From Octopus vulgaris (Eukaryota), in NCBI GenBank assembly GCA_951406725.2, contig OX597839.1, positions 16,554,001-16,618,000 of the forward strand: a DNA stretch of 64,000 bases, read 5' to 3'. The stretch's first letter is position 1, and each line of letters begins with the position of its first letter. The notes under the pieces were generated by a model. It did no database searches, was not told the origin of the DNA, and worked only from the letters and a program-made list of their open reading frames with translations. Of the stretch, positions 38,160-50,809 are shown one piece after another. The position numbers and the translations under genes were made by a program.

Positions 38160-38352
38160 AATAACAATAATCATAAGCTTAAAGCTTATAAGTCATCAGT
38201 GTATTTGGCTAAAGGAAATAGTCTAATATTGGAGCATATAAACCCTTCGTGGAAAAAAGTGGGTTTTAGTATGCATGAGAATTGAACCCACACCTCTTAG
38301 CTAATATAAGGTGATGGCTTATAAGCTTTAAGCTTACAGTTATTATTATTAT
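38160..38352. mobile_element. Small fold-back element/MITE
   Basis: Inverted termini TAAGCTTAAAGCTTATAAGTCATCA / TGATGGCTTATAAGCTTTAAGCTTA flanked by (AAT)n and (ATT)n. Confidence 0.6.
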
Positions 38353-38425
38353 TTAATGAATTGTCACCCGTCATCGTTTCTCTACTTAATGCATATGTGC
38401 GCGTGTGTGTGTGTGTGTATATTGA

Positions 38426-38752
38426 GACTCCCTTCGGTCATGACTGACTGTGGGATTGCACCTAGCAAGTTCCCCTTGAAGGCACAAGTCTGGGCAAGGT
38501 TGTTTATGGAAGAACTAGCAGTCGTCCATGCATACCGGCCTCCCCTCTCCAGACCACCAGTGTTATCCAAGGGAAAAGCAGCAGCCGATACAGCTTGGCA
38601 CCCATGACATTGCAACCCATTTCTACAGCTGAGTGAACTGGAGCAACGTGAAATAAAGTGTCTTGCTCAAGAACACAACATGCAGCCCGGTCCGGGATTC
38701 GAACTCGCAACCTCATGATTGTTAGCTCGATGCTCTAACCACTGAGCCATAT
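38426..38752 (-). mobile_element. CORE-like tRNA-derived SINE
   Basis: Head TGGCTCAGTGG...GTTCGAATCC, then GTGTTCTTGAGCAAGACACTTTATTTC; similar copy at about 52748-53082(+) and relatives at about 44885-45840 and 30350-30570. Confidence 0.8.
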
Positions 38753-39366
38753 ATATATCTGTATGTATACAAATATGTGTGTGGGTATTTGAGTTTTGTC
38801 TTTGACATCATGTGGTAGTTGTAAATGCGTGTCACTTTCATTGAAAACAGCGTCATCCATTTTCATTCTTCCATGGAAAAACGTATCTGGACATGGGGAA
38901 AATATTACCTTGCTTGGAAACAGGTGACGCTTGGCAACAGGAAGAGTATCCAGTTGTAGAAAAATGTGCCTTAAAGAAAACCTACCTGGCCATACAAGCA
39001 TGGAAAAGTGAACATTAACTGATGATGATGACATAGCTTTTTGCACCCCGTTACTGAAGTACATGTTATAAGTGCTCAATCCGGGTTTCTGGTCTGAGAA
39101 TGACCCCTCGCCTTTCCTCCATCAACCCAAGAATGCTTAAGAATGGTCTTTGATGAAACCCTTCCTCCTCTATGCCCAAGTAGACAATGAAAGGTTTACA
39201 ATATATTTGACCTCATGAATTGTGTGATGGTAAACCATACCATAATCCACAAATGGTCTCCATCCGTTATGACAACGAGGGTTCCAGTTGATCTAATAGG
39301 AAAACCACAAACTGATAGACCAGAAGAGCAAAGTGACCACAAAAAAAAAAAAAAAAAGATACTTAC

Positions 39367-39471
39367 ATTATTTGACAACCCTTCAATCTTTTCAATGCCG
39401 TTGTCACTCAGGTAGAGTTCATCTAAGTTCACCAAGGCATCCAGACCTTCAATTTTAGTCAAGCGGTTGTC
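39367..39471 (-). CDS. PPP1R7: PPP1R7 coding exon 6 (DNRLTKIEGLDALVNLDELYLSDNGIEKIEGLSNN)
   Basis: tttacAG acceptor, AAT|GTAAGT donor, 105 nt; NRLTKIEGL and ELYLS.NGIE motifs. Confidence 0.95.
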
Positions 39472-40749
39472 CTGTAAAGGGAGAAAAATGAGGATTATAG
39501 CACAGCAGCAGGGATTGGTAAGAGATCAAAACTTTAACTCTTTAGCATTTAAACTAGTCATACCTGGCCCAAATATTATCTTTTATCTTCTTGTTTCAGT
39601 AATTTGACTGTGGCATTGACTTGAAGGGTTTTTTTAGTTGAACAAATGGACTCCCAGGACTTATTGTATTTATGCCTAGTACTTATTCTATTGGTCACTT
39701 TTGCTGAATTAAGTTACGGGGTCTTAAACACACCAACACTGCTTGACAACCAGTGATGGGAGGACAAACACGGATACAAGTACATACACGCTACACCTGT
39801 ACCTCTACTTGTTTTGTTCAAATTGGCTAAATTTTGCCTTTCACACATACCCTACAATGTCGTAGTAAATATCAACAATTACCTCATCAAAATCTTGAAG
39901 TTACAAGACAATGCATAATTAATTAAAAACAACGTGATTAAATAAGCATTACAACTGGCAGAAAAACCTGAATGCTAAACAATTAATATCTCAGATATAA
40001 CAACAGCTCGCCATTAAAAGGAAAATAAGGACAGCTATATTGATACAGTACTGATGGCAATGAGTACAACAGTTAACCAAGGAACCATAACCTGTTTATC
40101 AGCTTGTAGTACCATCGTTCGATTTCTGTGACTGAAGGGGAGATAACTACTCCGAAATGCTAGCATCTCACAGTATGGATAGGTGGTGTTGTGAGCTGAT
40201 TTAGGTGTATTTCCACCAGTTGTCTATATGACAAAACACAGCGAATGGCTTGTTTACAAGTCTGAACATGCCACTGACATAGCCAAACTGGTAATAACAT
40301 TGCATTCAGATTACTCTGTCAAATATAATGCTTATTTATTTGTATTGTTTTCAATTAATCAGGTATTATCTTGTAGCTTTTGAGATTTCGATGATGTGAT
40401 GGTTTATCTTTAGAATGGCATTGTAGGGTAGGTGTGAGGGGCCAGATCTGGCCAGTTTGAACAGTTGGAATATCTGGGCTGGATATTGTTGGTTTAAATG
40501 CTAGAGGATTAAGCCACAACTTGTAATCTCATTAACCTGTCTTATAGCAATCATACATAGATAATGTCCTGTACTTGTGTATGTTTTGGTCTTATATCCT
40601 TTACTTATCTCTCGTGTATTTGTGTATTTTTCACTCATTGGTGATGTCCTGTACTTAATGCGTATTTTTTATTTACTCATTCGAATTTGATGGACATATA
40701 GCGGTACGTAAGTTGACTCAAGAGATCTCTTGTGAGACATTTTATTGAT

Positions 40750-40791
40750 GTGCCTGAAGAGATCCAGAATGGGTCAAAAAATGTGTAGTAC
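40750..40791 (+). ncRNA. Degenerate type I hammerhead motif
   Basis: GUGC-CUGAAGA-GAUCCagaauGGGUC-AAAAAA-UGUG-UA^GUAC, then AATAAA at 40794-40799; G12 lost, stem III decayed. Confidence 0.45.
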
Positions 40792-40859
40792 CCAATAAAC
40801 TTTATTCCACTTTTCATATTCTATTTTATTAATACCGTTACCCCAACGCCAGTCAACTG

Positions 40860-41440
40860 GTACCGTCATCGGCCACGACAACGATTTCACTTGCCTCAAC
40901 AGGTCTTCACAAGTGTAGTTTATTATCCAATGATTGAAGGATACTCTTAAATGGGCTGGTTATACAGCACTGGCATAGGCCACAGTTATGGTCTCACTTG
41001 GCTTGCTGGGTCTTCTCAAGCACAGCATATCTCCAAAGGTCTTAGTCACTTGTCATTGCCTCGGTGAGGCCCAATGTTTGAAGGTCATGCTTCCCCACCT
41101 CATCCCAGATCTTCCTGGGTCTACCTCTTCCACAGGTTCCCTTAACTGCTAGGGTGTGACACAATTTCACACATGACCATAACAGCGCAGTTGTTTCTCT
41201 TGCACACCACATCTGATGCTTCTAATGTCCAGCTTTTCTCTCAGGGTGCTTACACTCTGTCGTATATGCACACTGACATTACACATCCAGTGGAGCATAC
41301 TGGCTTCATTCTTTGCAAGCTTATGCATATACTCAGTGGTCATGGCCCATGTTTCACTGCCATGTAGCATGGCTGTTCGCACACATGCGTCATACAGTCT
41401 GCCTTTTACTCTGAGTAAGAGGCCCTTTGTCACCAGCAGA
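40860..41440 (-). mobile_element. Degenerate RTE LINE fragment
   Basis: ORF 41167-41505 repeats the LINE C-terminus (RVKGRLYDACVRTAMLHGSETW). Confidence 0.85.
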
Positions 41441-42264
41441 GGTGGGAGTGAGAGAAACACAGAGAGAGAGAGAGAGAGAGAGAGGGATGAGTTACTGCAG
41501 TGCAACTTTGTTAGTGACTAGGTCACAGTGGTAAATGAAAATGTTGACATCTTAAGAAAATAAATTGAAACGTTAACTTAATCTTTTTGTTACCACCCAG
41601 GAATAGTGGAGTCACTAACAGTATTATTGCAATGTATATTTTAAATACCCATTTGGAAGATTAGAAACAAACAACAATGATGTACGGCAATGATGCTCAT
41701 TTACAACTATCAAGTGCATGTCTAGACATGAGTGCACATGTATGTATACATCATACATATCATCATCATCATTTAACGTCCGCTTTCCATGCTAGCATGG
41801 GTTGGACGGTTCAACTGGGGTCTGGGGAGCCCGAAGGCTGCACCAGGCCAGTCAGATCTGGCAGTGTTTCTACAGCTGGATGCCCTTCCTAACGCCAACC
41901 ATTCCGAGAGTGTAGTGGGTGATTTTATGTGCCACCGACACAGGTGCCAGACGAGGCTGCACACACACATACACACACAGACAGAGGCTTCTTTCAGTCT
42001 TTCAGTTTGCATCTAGCAGATCTACTCAGTGTGAGGCTATAAAAGAAGATACTTGCTCAAGGTGCTTTGCTGTGGAACTGAACCCGAGACCATATGGTTG
42101 GGGAAAAAAAAACCTTAGTAATGGACACTTTTTTTAATTATTATTTTTAAAAAAAGCTATTGTTTTTATGATTTGCTTCATGGAAAATTTAGCACTGGTA
42201 TAAAAAAGCAAAAAACAACAACAAAAACTGAGGTGCCCTAAATACATGTTTATACTGTTTAGAG

Positions 42265-42461
42265 CAGTGGTTTTCAACCAGGGTTCCGTGGAACCTTAGG
42301 GATCCGCAAGAAGTTACAAAACTGCTAAAATCGGCAGTAATTTTTAATTCTCCTGAGCAGATATGTGTGCATAAGACTATTAAATTATTGCACAGGGGTT
42401 CCTTGAGCTAGTGGAATGTTTCCTTGGGGTTCCACTCCAGCAAAAAGTTTGAAAAGCACTG
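42265..42461. mobile_element. hAT-type MITE
   Basis: TIRs CAGTGGTTTTCAA / TTGAAAAGCACTG; perfect 8-bp TSD GTTTAGAG. Confidence 0.88.
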
Positions 42462-42625
42462 GTTTAGAGGTTAATCCTAGCCTGGGGACATGTAAGAGAT
42501 AGAATGCTAGTAAAGAGAAAGGAAAAAACAAGCACACAGAAACAGACAGAAACGAGAGTAACACACTTGTAGTCTGAAATGTAGTCTGCTTTAGTAGTTA
42601 GTTAAGAAGAAATCAAGCTACATAC

Positions 42626-42742
42626 CTGCAGACTGAGACATGTCAAGTTGACAAGGTTATCTAAACCAGAAATCTGAGTAATTTTATTCTTGCCCAGGTA
42701 TAAGCCAGTTATATTGGTATGGGTGTTTAAATTCTCGATGAC
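42626..42742 (-). CDS. PPP1R7: PPP1R7 coding exon 5 (VIENLNTHTNITGLYLGKNKITQISGLDNLVNLTCLSLQ)
   Basis: ctgcAG acceptor, CAG|GTATGT donor, 117 nt; LYLGKNKIT motif; translated by hand. Confidence 0.95.
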
Positions 42743-43350
42743 CTGCAGGAGAAGGGAAAAAAAATGAATGAATAAATAAGTAAAATATGGAAACTTTCAG
42801 CTTTTTATCAGGTTTAATCTTTTTGCATTCAGATTACTCTGTGAAATATAACGCTTACTTTGTTTTGAATGAATCATGCATTATCTTGTAGCCAGGACTA
42901 TGGAGTCAGTAACTGAAACCTTTGACTCCAACTCCTGAAAATTAGAAGGTTAATATTGACTTCAACTCCTATCAATTAATCATAATAGAGAATATATTTA
43001 TTCTTAAACTCGGGAGCCCCTGTGAGTGTTAAATCACATAGAAAATAGGGCAAAATAGAATTACTGCATGAGGGTGGTTAAGAGATATTCTTAAATCATT
43101 ATTCAATTCAGTCATGAACCAAAATGGCATTTCATCACCACCAAATGAATAATCAGGATAGTTTTAAAGATTGAATTTTTTGTTATTTTATTCAAAAGAA
43201 AAAGCCAATGCTTATTTTTAACAAAAGCTATTACAAATCTTTTATAATTCCTATAGCATAAACGTAAATAAAATAGAAATAAAAGTTTATATTAAACATT
43301 AAATCCTTTGCCATAAAACTGAACAATTCAGAGAAATCATAAATTTAATT

Positions 43351-43575
43351 TTAAGTTCTAAGAAATAAAATAGTATCAACAACACCTTCCTTCATTGAAG
43401 CCCTGAGATCTGACTTGATAAGTTTTAGAACAGAGAAAAGCCTCTTCACACTAACTTGAGTAGGAGGAATAGCTGTCACCGTTCTTGCTGTTTCTCTGAT
43501 GATTTCAGAGTAAATTGGAACAAGTTCTTCCAATGGTGTTGCACATGAACAATCATATTTCTCTATCTCTTTCAT
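43351..43575 (-). pseudogene. hAT transposase C-terminal dimerisation-domain remnant
   Basis: IPPTQVSVKRLFSVLKLIKSDLRASM resembles the P.TQVSVERLFS hATC motif. Confidence 0.75.
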
Positions 43576-46500
43576 TGCTGTATTGAATTTGTCTTTGAAT
43601 TTTTAAAACTTAATATTCTTTAGCATTCAGGTTACTCTATCAAATACTATGCTTATTTATTCATATTGTGTTGAACTTGGGTTGGATATAGAAGGCTTAA
43701 ATGTTCAAAGGTTAAAACAACAGGGTTTTCTTTTTTTCTTTTTAAAGAGAAAACCCATTTTGTTCTAGGTCAAAGGCAGCAAACCTGAGTTAAGGGAGTT
43801 GGTTTTATACCAGGTGATGAGAAGCTAATGTATGATAGGGGACAAGAACAGGTGTCTTGCTGTAGAGAGATATATGGTTACCCCAGTTTAAAAAGAAAGA
43901 TTGTGATGAAGATGAGTCATGGTGTGACTATGTAATATTGAAGTAGTTCTTGAATTATTTAAAATGTCGTTAAATAGTTACATTTTTATTCCTCCTCCTC
44001 ATTGTTTTAATGTCTCTTTTCCATGTTTCCGTGGGTCAGGCAGAATTTTGTTGGGGTAGATTTTCTACAGCCAAATGATGCCCTTCTTGTTGCCAACTCT
44101 TACCTGTTTCCAAATAAGCTAATGTTTCCATCATGACCAGACATATCTTCACGGAAGATTGGAAACAGAGGACACTCATTTACAACTGCTATGCAGTGTC
44201 AAAGCAAAGAAACTGTGATGCACAAACACACATATATGTATATATGAAGAACTTCTTTCAGTTTCCATCAACCAAATCCACTTACAAGGCTTTGATTGGC
44301 CTAGGGTTATAGTAGAAGACACTTGCCCAATGTGTCATGCAGTAGGATTGAACCCAGAACCACATGGTTTGGGACAACTTCTTACCACACTGCCATGAAA
44401 TATAAAAAGCACTCAACACATTCTGTAAAGTGGTTGGCATTAGGAAGGGCATTCAGCTGTAGAAACCAAGTCACATCAGACTGGAACCTGGTGCAGCTCT
44501 CAGGGTTACCAGCTCTGGTTAAACCGTCCAACCCATGCCAGTATTAAAAAATGGATGTTAAATGATGATGATGATATTTTTACTCTTTTACTTGTTTCAG
44601 TCATTTGACTGCGGCCATGCTGGAGCACCGCCTTTTAGTCGAGCAACTCAACCCCGGGACTTATTCTTTTTGTAAGCCCAGTACTTTTGGCTGCTGCTAT
44701 TTTTAGCAATTCAAGAGACTGGATAGAAATTCTTTCAATGGAGATGGTTAAGTGGTTCAAGATGTCAGCTCATTTTAAAAATAGTAGCATGGAACCATGA
44801 AAATAGTGTTATTTTACTACTTAGATGGTAATCTAGCAACCCTGTTATAGGAAGTTACGTAGCTTAGTGATTAAGAGTATGTGAAGGCAGGTGGCTTAGT
44901 GGTCAGGGGGACATTCGGCTCATGATCGTAAGGTCATGAGTTCAATTCCCAGCGGCGCGTTGTGTCCTTGAGCAAGACACTTTATTTCACGTTGTATATT
45001 TAATAAGAATTTGTATAATGAACCTTCAGTACCTGTATTTCAAAGGGCCAGCCTTGTCACACTCTGTGTCATGCTGAATCTCCCCGAGAACTACGTCAAG
45101 GGTACACGTATCTGTGGAATGCTCAGCCACTTGCATGTTAATTTCAGAAGCAGGTTGTTCCTTTGATTGGATCAGCTGGGACCCTCGTCGTTGAAACTGA
45201 CGGAGTGCTCCTATCTATCTACCTATCCAGTGGTTAGAGTAGTCAAGTCAGCTCATGGTCATAAAGTCGCGAGTGTAATTCCTGGTGGCAAATCGTGTCC
45301 TTAAATAAGACGCTTTATTTCATGCTGCTCCAGTTCACTCGACTGGCAAAAATTAGATATACCTCTAATTCAAAAGAGCCAGCCATAACCAAATTTGCTA
45401 GACACAAGATCCAATATTTTTACTGGCAAAAATTAGATATACCTATTTCTTTATTACCCACAAGGGGCTAAACACAGAGGGGACAAACAAGGACAGACAT
45501 AGGTATTAAGTCGATTACATCGACCCCAGTGCGTTACTGGTACTTAATTTATCGACCTCGAAAGGATGAAAGGCAAAGTCGACCTCGGCGTAATTTGAAC
45601 TCACAACGTAACGCAGACGAAATACCGCTAAGCATTTCGCCCGGCGTGCTAACGTTTCAGCCAGCTCGCCGCCTTAGATATACCTCTAATTCAAAAGAGC
45701 CAGCCATACCACATTCCGTGTCATGCTGAATCTCCCTGAGATGTCTGTGGAGTACTCAGCCACTTGCACATTAATTTCATGTGCAGGCTGTTCTGTTGAT
45801 CGAATCAACTGGAATCCCCGTTGTTGTAACCAACGAAGTGCCAGTTTATACAACGTCATAAGGTGATCCGCTAGAAGTTAAAACAGATGTGTGAAGGGAG
45901 ACAACTACGTTGTTAAAACCAAATTTGCTAGACACAAGATCCAATATTTTTACTGATACATTAGAGCTAACATGTCCTGAGTAAGGATCTAAAAATTCTA
46001 AGTGATGGTGATATTATACATTTAAGCATAATAAACATGAAATGAAGGAAAGGAGGGAAAAGAAATACGACAGGGACTCAAAATTTATATCTAAAACATG
46101 CCAGACAAACATATTACAGAGGAAGCACATGACAGAGTAGTCAGGATGTCGGACCCATGATTGTAAGATTGCAATTTCGATATCTGGATCAGGCGATGTG
46201 TTGTTTTTCGGCAAAACACTTCATTTCACGTTGCTCCAGTCTACTTAGCTGGCAAAAGTGAGCAATCATGCAATGGACTGGCATCCTGTTCCAGGGAGTT
46301 AATATATACATAGGTCACAGGAACCGGGGAACCAAATTTATGAGTCTGTATGACTTGGGAAGGATTTTATCCTTTCTTTTGAGCGTGGCCGTTGCCAGTA
46401 CCGCCTGACTGACCCTCGTGCCGGTGGTGCGTAAAAACACCTACTACACTCTCGAAGTGGTTGGCATTAGGAAGGGCATCCAGCTGTAGAAACTCTGCCA

Positions 46501-47744
46501 GATCAAGATTGGTGCCTGGTGCAGCCATCTGGTTTGCCAGTCCTCAGTCAAATCGTCCAACTCATGCTAGCATGGAAAGCTGACGTTAAAAGATGATGAT
46601 GATCCTCTAAGCACCTTACTGCTTATACTAATGAACATCTGTTATTTTATCTTCTACTTGGGGACCATAAATTGCTTTGAATACAGACCCATTTCTCATT
46701 TCTAACCCAATATGTCCAATATCATTTGCATTAAAATTATGTCAGTTAATCCTAAAACATCTTCATTTATTTAACATCCACCCCACCCCCCATGCTGATA
46801 ATCCCTCAATACATATCTCTCTCCATTGAAGGAATTTCTATCCAGTCTCTTCATTTACTAAAAATAGTAGCCAAAAGTCCTTTAAATTTCACTCTACTTC
46901 AGTGTCTAGAATCACAACAGGTAACCTTGTCTGAAGGCTGCATTATAAAATATTTTTATTAAATATACAAAGAAATGTAATGATGATTTTGACAGAGGGT
47001 GGAGTAGTTATTTGAAGTAAGCGTTTACAGCTGGATGCTCTTGTTGTTGCCAACCTTTACAGGTTTTCAAATAAGGGATTTTCACTTTAATTCCAGAACT
47101 CTTTGAACATCGAATAGCAAGTCACACATACTTACACACACATGTAAACATATATATGATAGGCGACCTGCATTTTCTTTTCATCACAAGGCATTTGGCA
47201 ACCCTGGGCAATAGAAAATACCTACCCATGCTGCTGAGTAGTAGAACTGAACCTGAAATCGTGTGATTAAGAAGTGAATTTGCTAACTAAACAACCAGGC
47301 TTGTACCTGAATACTTCAAATATTATGACCTCATGAGCAGAAGGCAATAGAACTGGAAACATAGATAAGCTGTAAGGATTCCTTATAGTTGAACATCATG
47401 GTTACACGTCAGAAATGTTCCATCTATCTATAAATCATCATCATCGTTTAACATCCATTTTCCATGCATGGGTAGGATGGTTCACAGGAACTGGCCAGGT
47501 AGAAAAACTACGCTATGCTACTCTGTTTTGGCAGGGTTTTTACAACTGGATGCTCTTCCTAACACCAACTACTCTGCAGAGTGGACTGAATGCTTTGTAC
47601 GTGGTACTAGCACAGGTGAGGTTAGCTTTGGCATGATTTTTACAGCTGGATGCCCTTCCAAACGCCTACTACTTTACAGTGTGGACTGGATGCTTTTTAC
47701 ATGGCACCAGCACTGGATATATAAGCATATATAAATACTAGATT

Positions 47745-48270
47745 GTCCCTTAAATAATGTGGGTTTTTTTTTATACCACTTTTATTTTTCAAAATTAAGA
47801 TAAAGAAATTTCTTTTTTAATCTAAAATATACTCTCCTTCATTTTCTACAATGCTCTTCCATCTAGCTGATAGACTTGCAAGGCCCCTCTTCTAAAATTC
47901 ACTTCACCGTGACAAAAAATACTCCTCCAGTACTATTCTGACTTCATCTACAGAATTCATAGTTTTTCTGTCCATATGATTTTGAAGACTGCAGAATAAA
48001 TGACAATCAGATGGGGCAATGTCTGGCAAATATGGTGGGTGAGGCATCGTTTCCCATTCAAACTGCTTCAGCCTTTGGAATGTCATCCTCACTGTATGTG
48101 GATGAGTATTATCCTGATGAAAGAACACCTTTTCTCTTGAAACCAAAGATGGTTGTTTTTCTTCTAGCGCTGACTTAAGCTGCTCGCAGCAGATCTTTTT
48201 TATTGTTTGGTTTGGGTTTAAAAGTTCAAAATGGACTAAACTTTTCATATCCCACCAAACACATAACAAC
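47745..48270 (-). mobile_element. Mariner transposase remnant (DD34D region) with one TIR
   Basis: MLCVWWD, FHQDNTHPH, HPPYLPDIAPSDCHLF. Confidence 0.85.
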
Positions 48271-48278
48271 TTTTATAT

Positions 48279-48321
<43 letters not shown>

Positions 48322-48661
48322 TGTGACCAACCTGGCTATCAGATGTTGCTACACATCACTGGTGACAATGCGCTTCACATTGTTTTAGCCTTCAACTAAC
48401 GCCACCCCGCTGGCTAAGCAATCAAGCCTATATATATGTGTGTGTGTTATATATTGTTAAATGAGTTAGTAAGAAAAAGGCAGTGCACATGAGCTTTATT
48501 TTTTAAGGCTTCCAAGATCCTTAAGGAGAGCAGAAGAACTGGAAGTAGCAAGCTTGGAAAAGGAGACATTAAAATGACAATGAGGATACATGCATGTGAG
48601 TATGTGGGGAGAAAGAGAGAGAGAGAGATGTAAAGAGACAAATGCAACTGTACTGACATAC

Positions 48662-48824
48662 CCGAATCTTATTGGAACCCAATTCCAGCATATCCAGGTT
48701 AACGAGTGTTTCAAGGTTCTCGATGACGGTTATTTTGTTATTCACTAAATATAACTTGACCAAGTTAGTCAAATGAGAAATATTTTCTATTTTCTTGATC
48801 CGGTTAAAAGAGAAATCTAGTTGA
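48662..48824 (-). CDS. PPP1R7: PPP1R7 coding exon 4 (QLDFSFNRIKKIEN...MLELGSNKIR)
   Basis: ttccAG acceptor, CGG|GTATGT donor, 163 nt; the first base completes the split Thr codon; SDS22-class LRRs. Confidence 0.95.
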
Positions 48825-50019
48825 CTGGAAAAAGAGGAAGAAACAAATACACAATCAATCAAATTAGCCAAGTTAACGTCTCTTTGGGCTTTTTAAAAAT
48901 CTTTTCATTATTATTTAGTTTAATGAAGATTAATAAGATAGTACAGGGCAAGAAGCTTCAATGGATAAGATCTGCCTAACCTGTGTAAGCATAGAAAGTG
49001 ATGTAAAAAGGATATTGTATGTATTAGATCTTTTTATCTTTTACTTGTTTCAGTCATTAGACTGCGGCCATGCTGGGGCACCACCTTGAAGAATTTTAGT
49101 TGAATGAATTGGCTCCAATATCTATTTTCTTTTTAATTTTAAGCCTAGTACTTATTCTATTGATCTCTTTTCCTGGACCACTAAGTTACAGGGACCTTAA
49201 CACATCAACACTAGTTGCCCAACAGCGGAGGGGAACAAACACCAACACAAACACACATGCAGACTGTCTTATATCTAGAACAGGCTTCTGTCTACAAATC
49301 CACTCACAAGGGTCTGGTCAGCCTGAAGTTATAGTAGTAGAAGACACTTGTCCAAGGTGCTATGCAGTGGGGATGAATCCAGAACCATGTTGGGAAGCAA
49401 ACTTCTAACCACAGACCCACACTTGTGACTATATATGAGGAGCTTATTTTCAAAACTGGTTTAAGTGCATATTTGGTTATTTTCAAAACCATTAAAACAC
49501 AATCTGCAAGTAAGGGATCACTTATTCTTTGATGACACAAAGCACCTAGAGGACAATCTGTTAACACAAGAAATTAACCACATTACCAATTACTGCACCT
49601 TGTATAAGTAATTACATGTGCAAACAAGTACAGATACTTATACGCACTACCACACCACCTAGCACTAGCACTGACCACTTCCCAGCACCTACACCATCAT
49701 CCACACACCTACTCATGCACACACATCAATGTCAACAGTCCTCTTCTACATGCACATAGACATGCATGGGCACCTTCATTTTGAGATCACCACTACTTTA
49801 TTATCTCCCCTTCTTCCTAGTTCTCCTGTGTGACCCCTCTGTCCAGCATTCACCATGATAGATCGCTAGCCACTATACACTTTTTTCTATTTTCTCTCCC
49901 TGTTTATTTCTGTATTCCTTTCTGTCGAAGGGCGTAGGCTCGAAACATAAAAGACTTTCTCACTCCCCGAGCGTCAATACTGTGTTGTTTTTGGTAAGAA
50001 ACACACAAGTGAGGAAAGC

Positions 50020-50565
50020 TCAGTAACAGGGTGCAAGGTTGTCAGAAGAATCCAATTCTTCATGCACCAGAGATCCAGTCGCTTTCACAAAATGTCCACC
50101 CTCAAATGCTTCAAAGCATCAATTGTCCTCCAATGATCCTTATGTACAAGCTGATGAAGTTCCTCTACATTTCCAGGGGTGGGGCTCATGGCAGGTCTTC
50201 CAGGGACATTCTAACTGCCTTTGAAGTACCCGTACCAGTTGAATCATTATGTATGACTCATTGCCTCGTTGCCATAAATTTGCCGAACCATGATCAATGT
50301 CTCTGCAGCAGACTTCCCAAGTTTAACGCAAAATTTCATGTGGACTCTTTGTTTCAACTTCCTGTCCATGACAAAAATCGCAGACGGCAGCATACATGTG
50401 ATCACAAAAACACCAACTTCACAACTTGCAAAGTAAACACAGAGATGTCCCTGAGCACATTGCCTCATGAAAGTCACTGCTAGCTCTCATTGTGCACGCA
50501 ACCGTCTGCTGCCATCTGTTGGCATGCTACAAAACTAATCCAGGAACTTTTCGATACCACCTCGT
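50020..50565 (-). mobile_element. Mariner remnant (N-terminal HTH region)
   Basis: KQRVHMKFCVKLGKSAAETLIMVRQIYGNEAMS. Confidence 0.8.
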
Positions 50566-50678
50566 ATGTATATATCTCATATTACTGGCACACACAGATT
50601 CTACAATCACTGCTGGGACTCTATCACCTCCAACCATATAACACCAATGTCATCACTTAGAAAATAAGAGTAACTTAC

Positions 50679-50809
50679 GTTAAATTAGTCAGCTCTGTTA
50701 AATTTTCTATTTTTGTTATTTGGTTGTCATACAGATCCAACATATTTAAATGGACCAAAGTCGATAAACCTTCAATACACTTGATCAAATTCTGTCGTAG
50801 ACACAAACT
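50679..50809 (-). CDS. PPP1R7: PPP1R7 coding exon 3 (SLCLRQNLIKCIEGLSTLVHLNMLDLYDNQITKIENLTELTNL)
   Basis: tttttAG acceptor, AC|GTAAGT donor, 131 nt (phase 2); LCLRQNLIKCIE and LDLYDNQI are Sds22 signatures; absent from the ORF track, translated by hand. Confidence 0.95.
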
